Below, in pieces: positions 21,939 to 30,552 of a stretch of DNA of 64,000 nucleotides (position 1 is the stretch's first letter; the number at the start of each line of letters is the position of its first letter). The stretch comes from a virus. The notes under the pieces are model-generated. The model worked only from the letters and a program-made list of their open reading frames with translations, did not search any database and was not told the DNA's origin. Position numbers and translations under genes: made by a program. The stretch lies in the IMG/VR virus record IMGVR_UViG_3300043446_002688. The stretch is one strand, 5' to 3'.

Positions 21939-24779
21939 ATGGAAAGAATTAGTTCATTATTTTCTCCAACAATTGTTGCAGCTTCTATACAAAAAGCATT
22001 TCAATATCCAGTAGTGGGTGAAGCAATATACACGGGTGTAGGACTAAACACATGGACCTGTCCTGCTGGTGTTTATTCTGTGTCAGTAGTTTGTGTTGCT
22101 GGTGGAGGAGGTGGTTTTTACAATGCCCAAAACTCTGCAACCGGTGGCGGCGGTGGCGCATTAGCTTATAAAAATACTATTTCTGTTGTTCCTGGTGTAA
22201 CTTATAACTTACAAGTTGGTGAAGGCGGATATACTTCCACAACTGGAATACGCATGTTAGCAACCAATAGCTGGTTTGGAAACACATCAACCGTCTTTGC
22301 TGAGAGAGGTCAGTATGGAAGAACCGCAACAGGAGCAACAACTGTTCAAAGCATAACACAAGGTGGTTTTGGTGGACAAATCTATATTGGTGATGGAGGT
22401 GGACCAGGAGGAAACTGCGGATTACCAACAGTAACGGGCGCACTCAATAATGGTTTAGGTGGCGGCGGTGCAGGTGGTTATAGTGGTTCAGGTGGATCAG
22501 GCGGTTCATCAAACAGCACTGTTGCTTTGAATGGAACTAGCGGAAGTGGTGGTGGTGGTGGCGGCGGCGCCGGTGCTCTGTCTATTAGTGGTGGTGCCGG
22601 TGGCGGTGTGGGTTTATATGGTGAGGGAACTTCTGGAGCTGGTGGTCAAGCTGGAGTAGCATCTAACAGTCCTCTAAGAGCTGGTCAACCTGGTTCAAAT
22701 GGTTCACCATTAGTCGCCAACACAGTAGGTACAACAATCTATAACATTGGTGGTGATTATGGTGGTGGCGGTGGTGCTGGTTACATATATGCTAGCAGAG
22801 GTGCAAACGGTGCAATTCGTATCGTATGGCCTGGAGATTTCAGAACTTTTCCATCACAGAATTTAGAAACACATACAGTTACACAAAACTATCAATATGC
22901 AAACTTACAAATGGGTTATGCTGTATCTTTAAAACCAGTATCAATCTCAGGTAATATTGGACCAGTAACATATACAATATCACCATCCATACCAGCAAAT
23001 ACAAACATAACATTTAATGCAAATACAGGTATACTTTCAGGAAATGCTGCACTTGGATATCCAGAAACTTCACACATAATTTCAACAGTAGATTCTGTTG
23101 GACAATCTTCATCCAATACATTAATAATATCCATTGGTGCACCGTCAGACCAAGTTGTTTTTTCTGGTGATCCTGGTGGTATAGCATTCAACACACTACA
23201 AACAACATGGACAGTACCAGCAAATGTTTATTCAATCAGTATGATTGCAGTTGGTTGTGGTGGTAGTACACTAATCGAGGCTAATGGTTATTCTTCACTA
23301 TCAGGTGCAGGCGGCGGCGCAACAGCATTTGTAAACAATTACAAAGTTACACCAGGACAAGTGTTAGATATTTACATTGATAAACCAAAAATTGGTTATA
23401 ATGTTGTATCAAATGGAACAACTGTCAGTTACAATGGTTCAACAATATGTAAAGCGAATTCTGGTGGAAATTCTACCGCATATTATACAGGACGAGGTTT
23501 TGCAGGAACTTTTGTAACAGGCCAATATGGTTATAATGGTGGAAATGGTGGTAATGTTGGCAGTGGTTTCTATAAAGGTGGCGGTGGCGGCGCAGCTGGT
23601 TATTCAGGCGACGGTGGAGCTGGAGCTCAAGCACTACTAAGTGGTTCTGGTGGAGCTACAGGTAGTGGTGCTGCTGGTGGAGGTGCGCCATCAAATGATG
23701 CTACCGCAACTGGTAAAGGTGGTGGCGGCGGCGGTATTGGATTACAAGGCCAAGGCGCAACCGGCGGCGGCACCTCATATGTAGCAGGTACGGCAGTTGG
23801 TGCACACGGTAGAAATGGATCGTATAGAGGTGATATAGTGCAACTGGTCAGCACCAACCTTGGTGGTGATTATGGTGGTGGTGCTGGTGGTGGAAACTAC
23901 AATACATTAAATGCTGGTGGTTATGGTGGTCCAGGTGCAATTCGTATCATGTGGCCTGGAACACTTAGAAGATATGATGCAAACACAAGAACTGAAGATA
24001 CACAACCAGTTGGTCAAGTAGAATTCACCACTTATGGTGCATACACATGGACATGTCCAGAGGGTGTGTATTCTGTTTCTGCTGTTTGTATTGGTGCTGG
24101 TGGCACCGCTGCGGCAAGTCAGTTTGGTATTGTACAGGCATATGCGGGCGGCGGCGGTGGATTAGGTTATAAAAATAATATTCCTGTTGTTCCAGGACAA
24201 ACTTATACAATTCAAGTTGGTCGAAGAGGTGAATGGGTTGCAAATAACTATGCGTTATTAAGTACAGATTCTTATTTTATTGCAAACACAATTGTTGCTG
24301 GTTTGGCACCGAAACCCTCTGCATGGAATGCTGGCGGTTATGTTGGTGATGGCGGCGGCAATGGCGGCACAGGCGGCACAGCTAGCCAAGGAGCAACAGG
24401 TGGCGGCGGTGCAGGTGGTTACTCAGGTAATGGCGGTAATGGTGGATCTCCTAGTTCTAGTGCTGGAGGCAACGGTTCAGGTGGCGGTGGCGGCGGTGGT
24501 GCTAACTATGGTTCATTATCTGGTGTCAATTATGTTGGTGGCAAAGGCGGCGGCACAGGAATTTATGGACAAGGAACAAGTGGTACAGGCGGTTCAGGTT
24601 TTGTAAGATTATCAACCACATATTATGCAAACAATGGTACTGCTGGTTCAGGTGGTTCTAATCAATTATATGGCGGCGGTGGCGGTGTATATGCTAGTTA
24701 TGGTGGCGATGGAGCAGTAAGATTAATATGGCCCGGCGACCAAAGACAGTTCCCTTCAACAAGAACGGCCAACGAGTAA
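21939..24779 (+). CDS. Glycine-rich adhesin: three Gly-rich domains plus one putative Ig (He_PIG-like) domain
   Basis: Start re-called at ATG 21939, just after the upstream stop. Three TWT[CV]P.[GN]VYS[VI]S...GGGGG...GA[IV]R[IL].WPG units; TYTISPSIPA..ITFNANTGILSG Ig-like unit. Confidence 0.75.
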   Translation: MERISSLFSPTIVAASIQKAFQYPVVGEAIYTGVGLNTWTCPAGVYSVSVVCVAGGGGGFYNAQNSATGGGGGALAYKNTISVVPGVTYNLQVGEGGYTSTTGIRMLATNSWFGNTSTVFAERGQYGRTATGATTVQSITQGGFGGQIYIGDGGGPGGNCGLPTVTGALNNGLGGGGAGGYSGSGGSGGSSNSTVALNGTSGSGGGGGGGAGALSISGGAGGGVGLYGEGTSGAGGQAGVASNSPLRAGQPGSNGSPLVANTVGTTIYNIGGDYGGGGGAGYIYASRGANGAIRIVWPGDFRTFPSQNLETHTVTQNYQYANLQMGYAVSLKPVSISGNIGPVTYTISPSIPANTNITFNANTGILSGNAALGYPETSHIISTVDSVGQSSSNTLIISIGAPSDQVVFSGDPGGIAFNTLQTTWTVPANVYSISMIAVGCGGSTLIEANGYSSLSGAGGGATAFVNNYKVTPGQVLDIYIDKPKIGYNVVSNGTTVSYNGSTICKANSGGNSTAYYTGRGFAGTFVTGQYGYNGGNGGNVGSGFYKGGGGGAAGYSGDGGAGAQALLSGSGGATGSGAAGGGAPSNDATATGKGGGGGGIGLQGQGATGGGTSYVAGTAVGAHGRNGSYRGDIVQLVSTNLGGDYGGGAGGGNYNTLNAGGYGGPGAIRIMWPGTLRRYDANTRTEDTQPVGQVEFTTYGAYTWTCPEGVYSVSAVCIGAGGTAAASQFGIVQAYAGGGGGLGYKNNIPVVPGQTYTIQVGRRGEWVANNYALLSTDSYFIANTIVAGLAPKPSAWNAGGYVGDGGGNGGTGGTASQGATGGGGAGGYSGNGGNGGSPSSSAGGNGSGGGGGGGANYGSLSGVNYVGGKGGGTGIYGQGTSGTGGSGFVRLSTTYYANNGTAGSGGSNQLYGGGGGVYASYGGDGAVRLIWPGDQRQFPSTRTANE

Positions 24780-24780
24780 A

Positions 24781-24787
24781 CTAAATA
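24781..24787 (+). promoter_or_regulatory. Late promoter candidate CTAAATA
   Basis: Intergenic TAAATA core 24 nt before the ATG at 24812. Confidence 0.55.
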
Positions 24788-24811
24788 TTAGATAACTATA
24801 AGAACATATAA

Positions 24812-27487
24812 ATGTCAATCACCCAATTACAACCGTTTAACTTAGATAGCACCAAAGACTATTCATTAGCAAACGTTAGTGCTAATAATATTGTTGCGAC
24901 AGGAAATATTACTTTTTCTGGTGCAAGTGTTTCTTTGGGTGGTGTGGCCAATCTACACATTACTGGTGGTAGTACAGGTCAATTACTACAAACAGATGGT
25001 GCAGGCAATTTAACATTCGTAGATAATCCATCTAGCACATCATCATCAGCAGGTGTGTATGCGAACGGTGCTTTTGTACAAGCTAATGCAGCATACGCAC
25101 AAGCAAACACAGCAACCAATAATGCTTCTGGTGCATCGTTATATGCTAATGGTGCTTTTATACAGGCAAACTCAGCATACGCATCACAAAATGTAACTGG
25201 CACATATGCTAATGCAGCATATACACAAGCAAACACAGCAACCAATAATGCTGCAGGTGCTTCTTTATATGCTAACGGTGCATTTATTGCCGCAAATACA
25301 AATGCAACCAATATCACTGCGTTGCAAGGTGTAAACCTAACACAGAACACAAACATAACTGTTGCAAATACAAATGCAATAGGTGCAGGACTGTATGCCA
25401 ATGCAGCATTTATACAGGCCAATGCAGCATTTGAATTTGCAAATGCATTATCGGGTGGTACCGCAACAGACGGACTGGCAAGAGCAACTGCAACTGCTGC
25501 ATTGACTGCTGCAAATGCGGCATACAATCAAGCCAATACAGCCACCACAAATGCCGCAACAGCAGACTCTAAGGCTGTTACTGCTGGTTCTTATGCCAAC
25601 TCAGCATACACACAGGCAAATACTGCAACAGCATATGCCACTTCAGCAGGTTCATATGCTAACGCAGCCTTTACTGCTGCGAACAATGCAGGTTCAAGTA
25701 CAACAGTTGTTGCAGCTTTCTTGCAGGCAAATGCGGCATTCATACAAGCCAATAGTGCATATGATTTGGCAGGTACAGCAAATATCGTTGCAACAATTGC
25801 TGATTCTAAGGCAGTAACATCTGGTTCGTATGCCAACTCGGCATTTATTCATGCAAATGCAGCGTTTGCCTTTGCAAATACAATTGTAAGTGACACACAA
25901 ATTGATCCTTTTGCGAGAACCAATTCTAATGCGGCTTTTGATAAGGCAAATACAGCAACCAATAATGCCGCTGGTGCTTCGTTATATGCTAATGGTGCCT
26001 TTATTCAGGCAAATACAGCAACCACAAATGCATCTGTCGCTGACGGTAAAGCAGTAACTGCTGGTTCATATGCCAATTCTGCATACACTCAAGCAAATAC
26101 AGCCACAACCAATGCGTTGGCCGCCAGTTCTTATGCCAACTCAGCGTTCTTGCAGGCCAACACAGCAACTACTAACGCTGCGACTGCTGACGGTAAGGCA
26201 GTAACTGCTGGTTCATATGCCAACTCTGCTTATACTCAGGCCAACACAGCAACTACTAACGCTGCGACTGCTGACGGTAAAGCAGTAACTGCTGGAAGTT
26301 ATGCTAACTCAGCATATACACAGGCTAATACTGTTACAACAAATGCATTGGCAGCCAGTTCATATGCCAATTCAGCATTCTTGCAGGCAAATACAGCAAC
26401 CACCAATGCAGCAACAGCAGACGGCAAAGCAACTTCTGCCGGTGTATATTCCAACGGCGCCTTTATACAAGCCAATACAGCAACCACCAATGCAGCAACA
26501 GCAGACGGCAAAGCAACTTCTGCCGGTGTATATGCCAACGGTGCATTTATACAATCCAATTCTTCATTCTCAACTGCCAATTCTAAGACATTTGTTTTCT
26601 ATCAGAATACGGCACCATCTACAGCCAATGTAAGAGACTCGTGGATCAATAGTGATACAGGTATAAAGTATGAGAACCTTAGTGGTACAACTCCAGTATG
26701 GGTTGAATTAGGACCAACAACAGCAGTTTCAGAATCACCAATTGCACAGGCAGCATTTGATAAAGCAAACACAGCAATCACCACATCAGGTGGTTCAATT
26801 ACTGGTACATTAAACGTTGCATACACACCTGCAAGTGCAGTAGGTACAGCATTAACAGTAAGAGCGGCCAACACAATTGGTGGTACTGGTTACGCCGATG
26901 TTTTGAAGTTTACAAACAGTTCTGGTGGAGCAACCAATACAAATAAAACTATTCGTATGAATAATTTGGGTGCTTTAGAAATTATTAACAGTGCATACAC
27001 ATCATCGTTGTTATTAATACAAGACAACGGTGATACAACCTTTGGTGGTAACGTAACAATTAATGGTATCAGTTCAGGTTATTCACCCAATCGTCCAGCA
27101 TTCCGTGTTGTCGGTGGTGGAACAACTAACATCACTGCAACAAACACACTAACAAGCAGTAACTTTACAGTTGACTACAATCAAGGAAGTTACTTAAACA
27201 CTTCTACTGGTATATTCACTGCACCCGTTGCTGGTCTATATCAAATTGGTCTTGTTGCAAGATTTTCTGGTTCCGCTAGCATAGCAGCCATTCAAGTACA
27301 AAAGACAAGTGGTGGAACCACCACCACACAAGTGTATCTAGAATGGGCAGGTAATTCAACAGCTTATCACATGGGTGGTGCCGGTATTGCCAAGTTGGCA
27401 GTAGGCGATACACTTAAACTGGTTGTTACAAGTGGTACAGTTACTTTTGACTCCAATGATAGTTGGTCTGTGGCATACATTGGCTAA
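24812..27487 (+). CDS. Coiled-coil fibre with C-terminal C1q/TNF-like globular domain (891 aa)
   Basis: C-terminal RPAFRV...VDYNQGSYLNTSTGIFTAPVAGLYQIG...AKLAVGDTLKL...NDSWSVAYIG follows the C1q pattern; 28-aa tandem repeats upstream. Confidence 0.8.
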   Translation: MSITQLQPFNLDSTKDYSLANVSANNIVATGNITFSGASVSLGGVANLHITGGSTGQLLQTDGAGNLTFVDNPSSTSSSAGVYANGAFVQANAAYAQANTATNNASGASLYANGAFIQANSAYASQNVTGTYANAAYTQANTATNNAAGASLYANGAFIAANTNATNITALQGVNLTQNTNITVANTNAIGAGLYANAAFIQANAAFEFANALSGGTATDGLARATATAALTAANAAYNQANTATTNAATADSKAVTAGSYANSAYTQANTATAYATSAGSYANAAFTAANNAGSSTTVVAAFLQANAAFIQANSAYDLAGTANIVATIADSKAVTSGSYANSAFIHANAAFAFANTIVSDTQIDPFARTNSNAAFDKANTATNNAAGASLYANGAFIQANTATTNASVADGKAVTAGSYANSAYTQANTATTNALAASSYANSAFLQANTATTNAATADGKAVTAGSYANSAYTQANTATTNAATADGKAVTAGSYANSAYTQANTVTTNALAASSYANSAFLQANTATTNAATADGKATSAGVYSNGAFIQANTATTNAATADGKATSAGVYANGAFIQSNSSFSTANSKTFVFYQNTAPSTANVRDSWINSDTGIKYENLSGTTPVWVELGPTTAVSESPIAQAAFDKANTAITTSGGSITGTLNVAYTPASAVGTALTVRAANTIGGTGYADVLKFTNSSGGATNTNKTIRMNNLGALEIINSAYTSSLLLIQDNGDTTFGGNVTINGISSGYSPNRPAFRVVGGGTTNITATNTLTSSNFTVDYNQGSYLNTSTGIFTAPVAGLYQIGLVARFSGSASIAAIQVQKTSGGTTTTQVYLEWAGNSTAYHMGGAGIAKLAVGDTLKLVVTSGTVTFDSNDSWSVAYIG
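26030..26560 (+). repeat. 84-bp (28-aa) tandem repeat array encoding ANSAYTQ-ANTATTN-AATADGK-AVTAGSY, with shorter 21-aa units interspersed
   Basis: Exact 44-nt duplicates at 26153-26196 and 26237-26280; exact 60-nt duplicates at 26390-26449 and 26474-26533. Both pairs are 84 bp apart. Confidence 0.9.
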
Positions 27488-27490
27488 ATA
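27484..27490 (+). promoter_or_regulatory. Late promoter candidate CTAAATA
   Basis: TAAATA core overlapping the upstream stop codon, upstream of the ATG at 27522. Confidence 0.55.
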
Positions 27491-27521
27491 GATAAGAAGA
27501 AAATAAAAAGAGTACTCAATA

Positions 27522-30185
27522 ATGGCATTAAGTTTTCCAGTATCACCGTCACTAAACCAAACATACACGGTAGGTTCAAAAACATGGACATGGAATGGTT
27601 CTGCATGGTCTTTACTTGCAGTAACAGGAACATCATCAGATAGTACCGCAAGACAATCAGCATCAGATGCGGCAAACACAGCTGCAGCTGCATTTACTCA
27701 AGCCAATACCGCAGTTTCTAATGCTGCAGGTGCATCACTATATGCTAACGCAGCTTTCTTGGCAGCTAACGCCGCAGGTTCTTCTGCAACAGTTACAGCT
27801 GCATTTTTACAAGCCAATGCAGCATTCAATCAGGCCAATACATCAATCTCCAATGATATTGGTAATGGCCTTTATGCCAACGGTGCCTTCATACAAGCAA
27901 ATGCTGCATATACATTAGCCAACTCAACATCTTTGCGTACAGATGCTGCGTTCATTCAGGCCAACTCAGCATTTACTGCCGCAAATATTGGTAAAACATT
28001 TGTACAATCAGGTGGTACAATCACTGGTACTGTTACAATTTCACAAAACTTAAACGTAACTGGTAACCTTACCATTGGTGGTAACTCTACAACCATTTCT
28101 TCAAATAATTTATCATTAACAGATTCTTTATTGTATCTTGCAGACGGAAATTCTGGCAATACTATTGATATTGGTTTGGTTGGTGCATTTACACAAGGTA
28201 GATATCAACATACCGGTGTTGTTCGTGACCACCTAGACGGCCGTTGGAAGTTTTTCAGTAATGTTGTTGCAGAACCAGTAACAACAGTAGATTTTGCAAA
28301 CGCACAATATGATATTATTAAATCTGGTGGTCTTGAAACCGTAGGTTCAATAAACATTGGTACCGTGGCCTTCGTTGGTTCAAATACAGGCAGTGCATTA
28401 GGTGGTGCAACTAACCCAATCATCGGTTCTTTGGGCAGTTCATCAGGTTATATTCAATCTTATATCTACAACACAGCCAACGGCACATCATCTTCTGCCG
28501 ACTTAGTGGCATATCCAAACAATGGTGCTGACACCAGTGGTTGGATTGATATGGGTATCACATCCAATAACTTCACAGATGCAACCTATAATGTAACTGG
28601 TCGTAATGAAGGTTATGTATTCATGTCAGCACCAAGTGGTGCACAAACATCCGGTAACTTAATTCTAGCAACAGATTCTACTGGTGTACACAATGCGGTT
28701 GAAGTATATGTTGGTGGTTTTGCACAAGGTAAAACTAACCCAGCATTGTTGATTAATAACACAACATTTAAGACAACAAAACCAATTGTTTTTGTAGATA
28801 ACACATTACAAAATACTGCTGCGGCACCATATACATTTACAAATGCCAGTTTCACCACAGCCAATACTGCATTAACAACAGCAACTTCAGCTGGTGTGTA
28901 TGCTAACGGTGCTTTTATTCAGGCAAATACAGCCACAACCAACGCCGCAACGGCAAATACTAATGCTGCAACAGCAGATAGTAAAGCTGTTACAGCTGGA
29001 AATTATGCTAACTCTGCATACTCTCAGGCAAATACAGCAACCACTAATGCTGCAACTGCGGATAGTAAAGCGGTAACTGCTGGTTCATATGCTAATGGTG
29101 CCTTTATTCAGGCAAATACTGCAACCACTAATGCTGCGACTGCTGATGGTAAGGCAGTAACTGCTGGTTCATATGCTAATAGTGCTTATGTACAAGCCAA
29201 TACTGCAACCACTAATGCATCAACGGCAGATAGTAAAGCGGTAACTGCTGGATCATATGCCAACTCGGCATATCTACAAGCAAACACAGCCACAACCAAT
29301 GCAGCAACAGCCGATTCTAAGGCAGTATCAGCGGGTTCATATGCTAACTCAGCATTTGGTGTTGCTAATACTGCCACAAATAATGCCGCTGGTGCATCAT
29401 TGTATGCCAATGGTGCATTTACGCAAGCCAATACTGGTGTAACAAACGCAGCAACGGCAGATAGTAAAGCGGTAACTGCTGGTTCTTATGCCAACTCTGC
29501 CTATCTCCAAGCAAATACCGCTACAAGTAATGCATCCGTTGCAGATGGCAAAGCAGTAATAGCAGGTCAATATGCTAACTCGGCATTTACTGTTGCGAAT
29601 AATGCCTTCACAAATGCAGAAGCAGCAAGTTCTTATGCTAACTCAGCATTCTTGGCCGCCAACAACGCAGGATCTTCAACGACAGTTGTTGCCGCTTTCT
29701 TACAAGCAAACGCAGCATTCATACAGGCTAATGCCGCTTATGCACAAGCAAATACAGGCGGTTCAGGTACAGATTCTTGGGCAAGAACACAGGCCAATGC
29801 GGCCTTCATACAAGCAAATGCTGCATTTGCACAGGCAAACACCGGCGGCGGTATAAGTGGTGGCAATTCAACATTTGTAACTAGAAATTATACTGCTGAT
29901 GGTACAACAACTAATTACACTGTAACAGCAAATACGAATGTCAATAATGTTATTGTCACCGAAAATGGTGTTGTTCAGACACCAACAACAGACTATACGA
30001 TTTCAGGAACAACATTATCGTTTGTTGGAGGAGCACCTGTTAGTGGTGTAAAAATTCAAATTAGAGAGATTGGTGCTTCAGAGGATAGCTTTGCAAGAAC
30101 ACAAGCCAACTCAGCATATGCAAAAGCAAACACTGGAACAACATTAGGTAAAGCTATTGCCATGACAATAGTATTCGGAGGATAA
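27522..30185 (+). CDS. Coiled-coil fibre protein with GKAIAM.IVFG C-terminus (887 aa)
   Basis: N-terminal LSFPVSPSLNQTY...WTWNGSAW; 28-aa repeat array; YTADGTTTNYTV beta module; C-terminal TLGKAIAMTIVFGG. Confidence 0.75.
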   Translation: MALSFPVSPSLNQTYTVGSKTWTWNGSAWSLLAVTGTSSDSTARQSASDAANTAAAAFTQANTAVSNAAGASLYANAAFLAANAAGSSATVTAAFLQANAAFNQANTSISNDIGNGLYANGAFIQANAAYTLANSTSLRTDAAFIQANSAFTAANIGKTFVQSGGTITGTVTISQNLNVTGNLTIGGNSTTISSNNLSLTDSLLYLADGNSGNTIDIGLVGAFTQGRYQHTGVVRDHLDGRWKFFSNVVAEPVTTVDFANAQYDIIKSGGLETVGSINIGTVAFVGSNTGSALGGATNPIIGSLGSSSGYIQSYIYNTANGTSSSADLVAYPNNGADTSGWIDMGITSNNFTDATYNVTGRNEGYVFMSAPSGAQTSGNLILATDSTGVHNAVEVYVGGFAQGKTNPALLINNTTFKTTKPIVFVDNTLQNTAAAPYTFTNASFTTANTALTTATSAGVYANGAFIQANTATTNAATANTNAATADSKAVTAGNYANSAYSQANTATTNAATADSKAVTAGSYANGAFIQANTATTNAATADGKAVTAGSYANSAYVQANTATTNASTADSKAVTAGSYANSAYLQANTATTNAATADSKAVSAGSYANSAFGVANTATNNAAGASLYANGAFTQANTGVTNAATADSKAVTAGSYANSAYLQANTATSNASVADGKAVIAGQYANSAFTVANNAFTNAEAASSYANSAFLAANNAGSSTTVVAAFLQANAAFIQANAAYAQANTGGSGTDSWARTQANAAFIQANAAFAQANTGGGISGGNSTFVTRNYTADGTTTNYTVTANTNVNNVIVTENGVVQTPTTDYTISGTTLSFVGGAPVSGVKIQIREIGASEDSFARTQANSAYAKANTGTTLGKAIAMTIVFGG
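28880..29650 (+). repeat. Second 84-bp (28-aa) tandem repeat array, same family as 26030-26560
   Basis: Repeated QANTATTNAATADSKAVTAGSYANSAY units; recurring DNA segment gatagtaaagcggtaactgctgg. Confidence 0.85.
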
Positions 30186-30189
30186 TTAA

Positions 30190-30552
30190 ATGGCTCAAAT
30201 GAACGTAGTAAATGTATCTACAATTTATGGCAATACAAACGGTATGGTCGTTTCGACTGTGCCCACATCAATAGTTACAAATCCCGCAAACAGCAATTCG
30301 GTTTACAAGATAAATAGTCTTGTGGTATCCAATATCTCTGGTACAGGTGCAGCGAGTGTTACTGTTGATGTGTATAAAAATCAATCAACAGCCTATCGTT
30401 TATCGTATCAAGTATCGGTTGCCGCAAATACATCATTCACACCGATTGATAAAGGTCTGATTATGTATTTACAAGAAAACGATTCAATTAGATTGACTGC
30501 AAGTGCAAATAGTTTCTTGGAGGCAGTCTGTTCATACGAGGCTATTAGTTAA
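30190..30552 (+). CDS. Small structural adaptor protein (120 aa)
   Basis: MAQMNVVNVSTIYGNT...VYKINSLVVSNISG...MYLQENDSIRLTAS...LEAVCSYEAIS; as I recall, this family habitually follows GKAIAM-ending fibres. Confidence 0.65.
   Translation: MAQMNVVNVSTIYGNTNGMVVSTVPTSIVTNPANSNSVYKINSLVVSNISGTGAASVTVDVYKNQSTAYRLSYQVSVAANTSFTPIDKGLIMYLQENDSIRLTASANSFLEAVCSYEAIS

Noticed and set aside
25500-29700. CRISPR-like array suggested by regularly spaced repeats
   Set aside because: The repeats are in-frame coding units (84 bp) with synonymous variation. There are no unique spacers and no cas genes.
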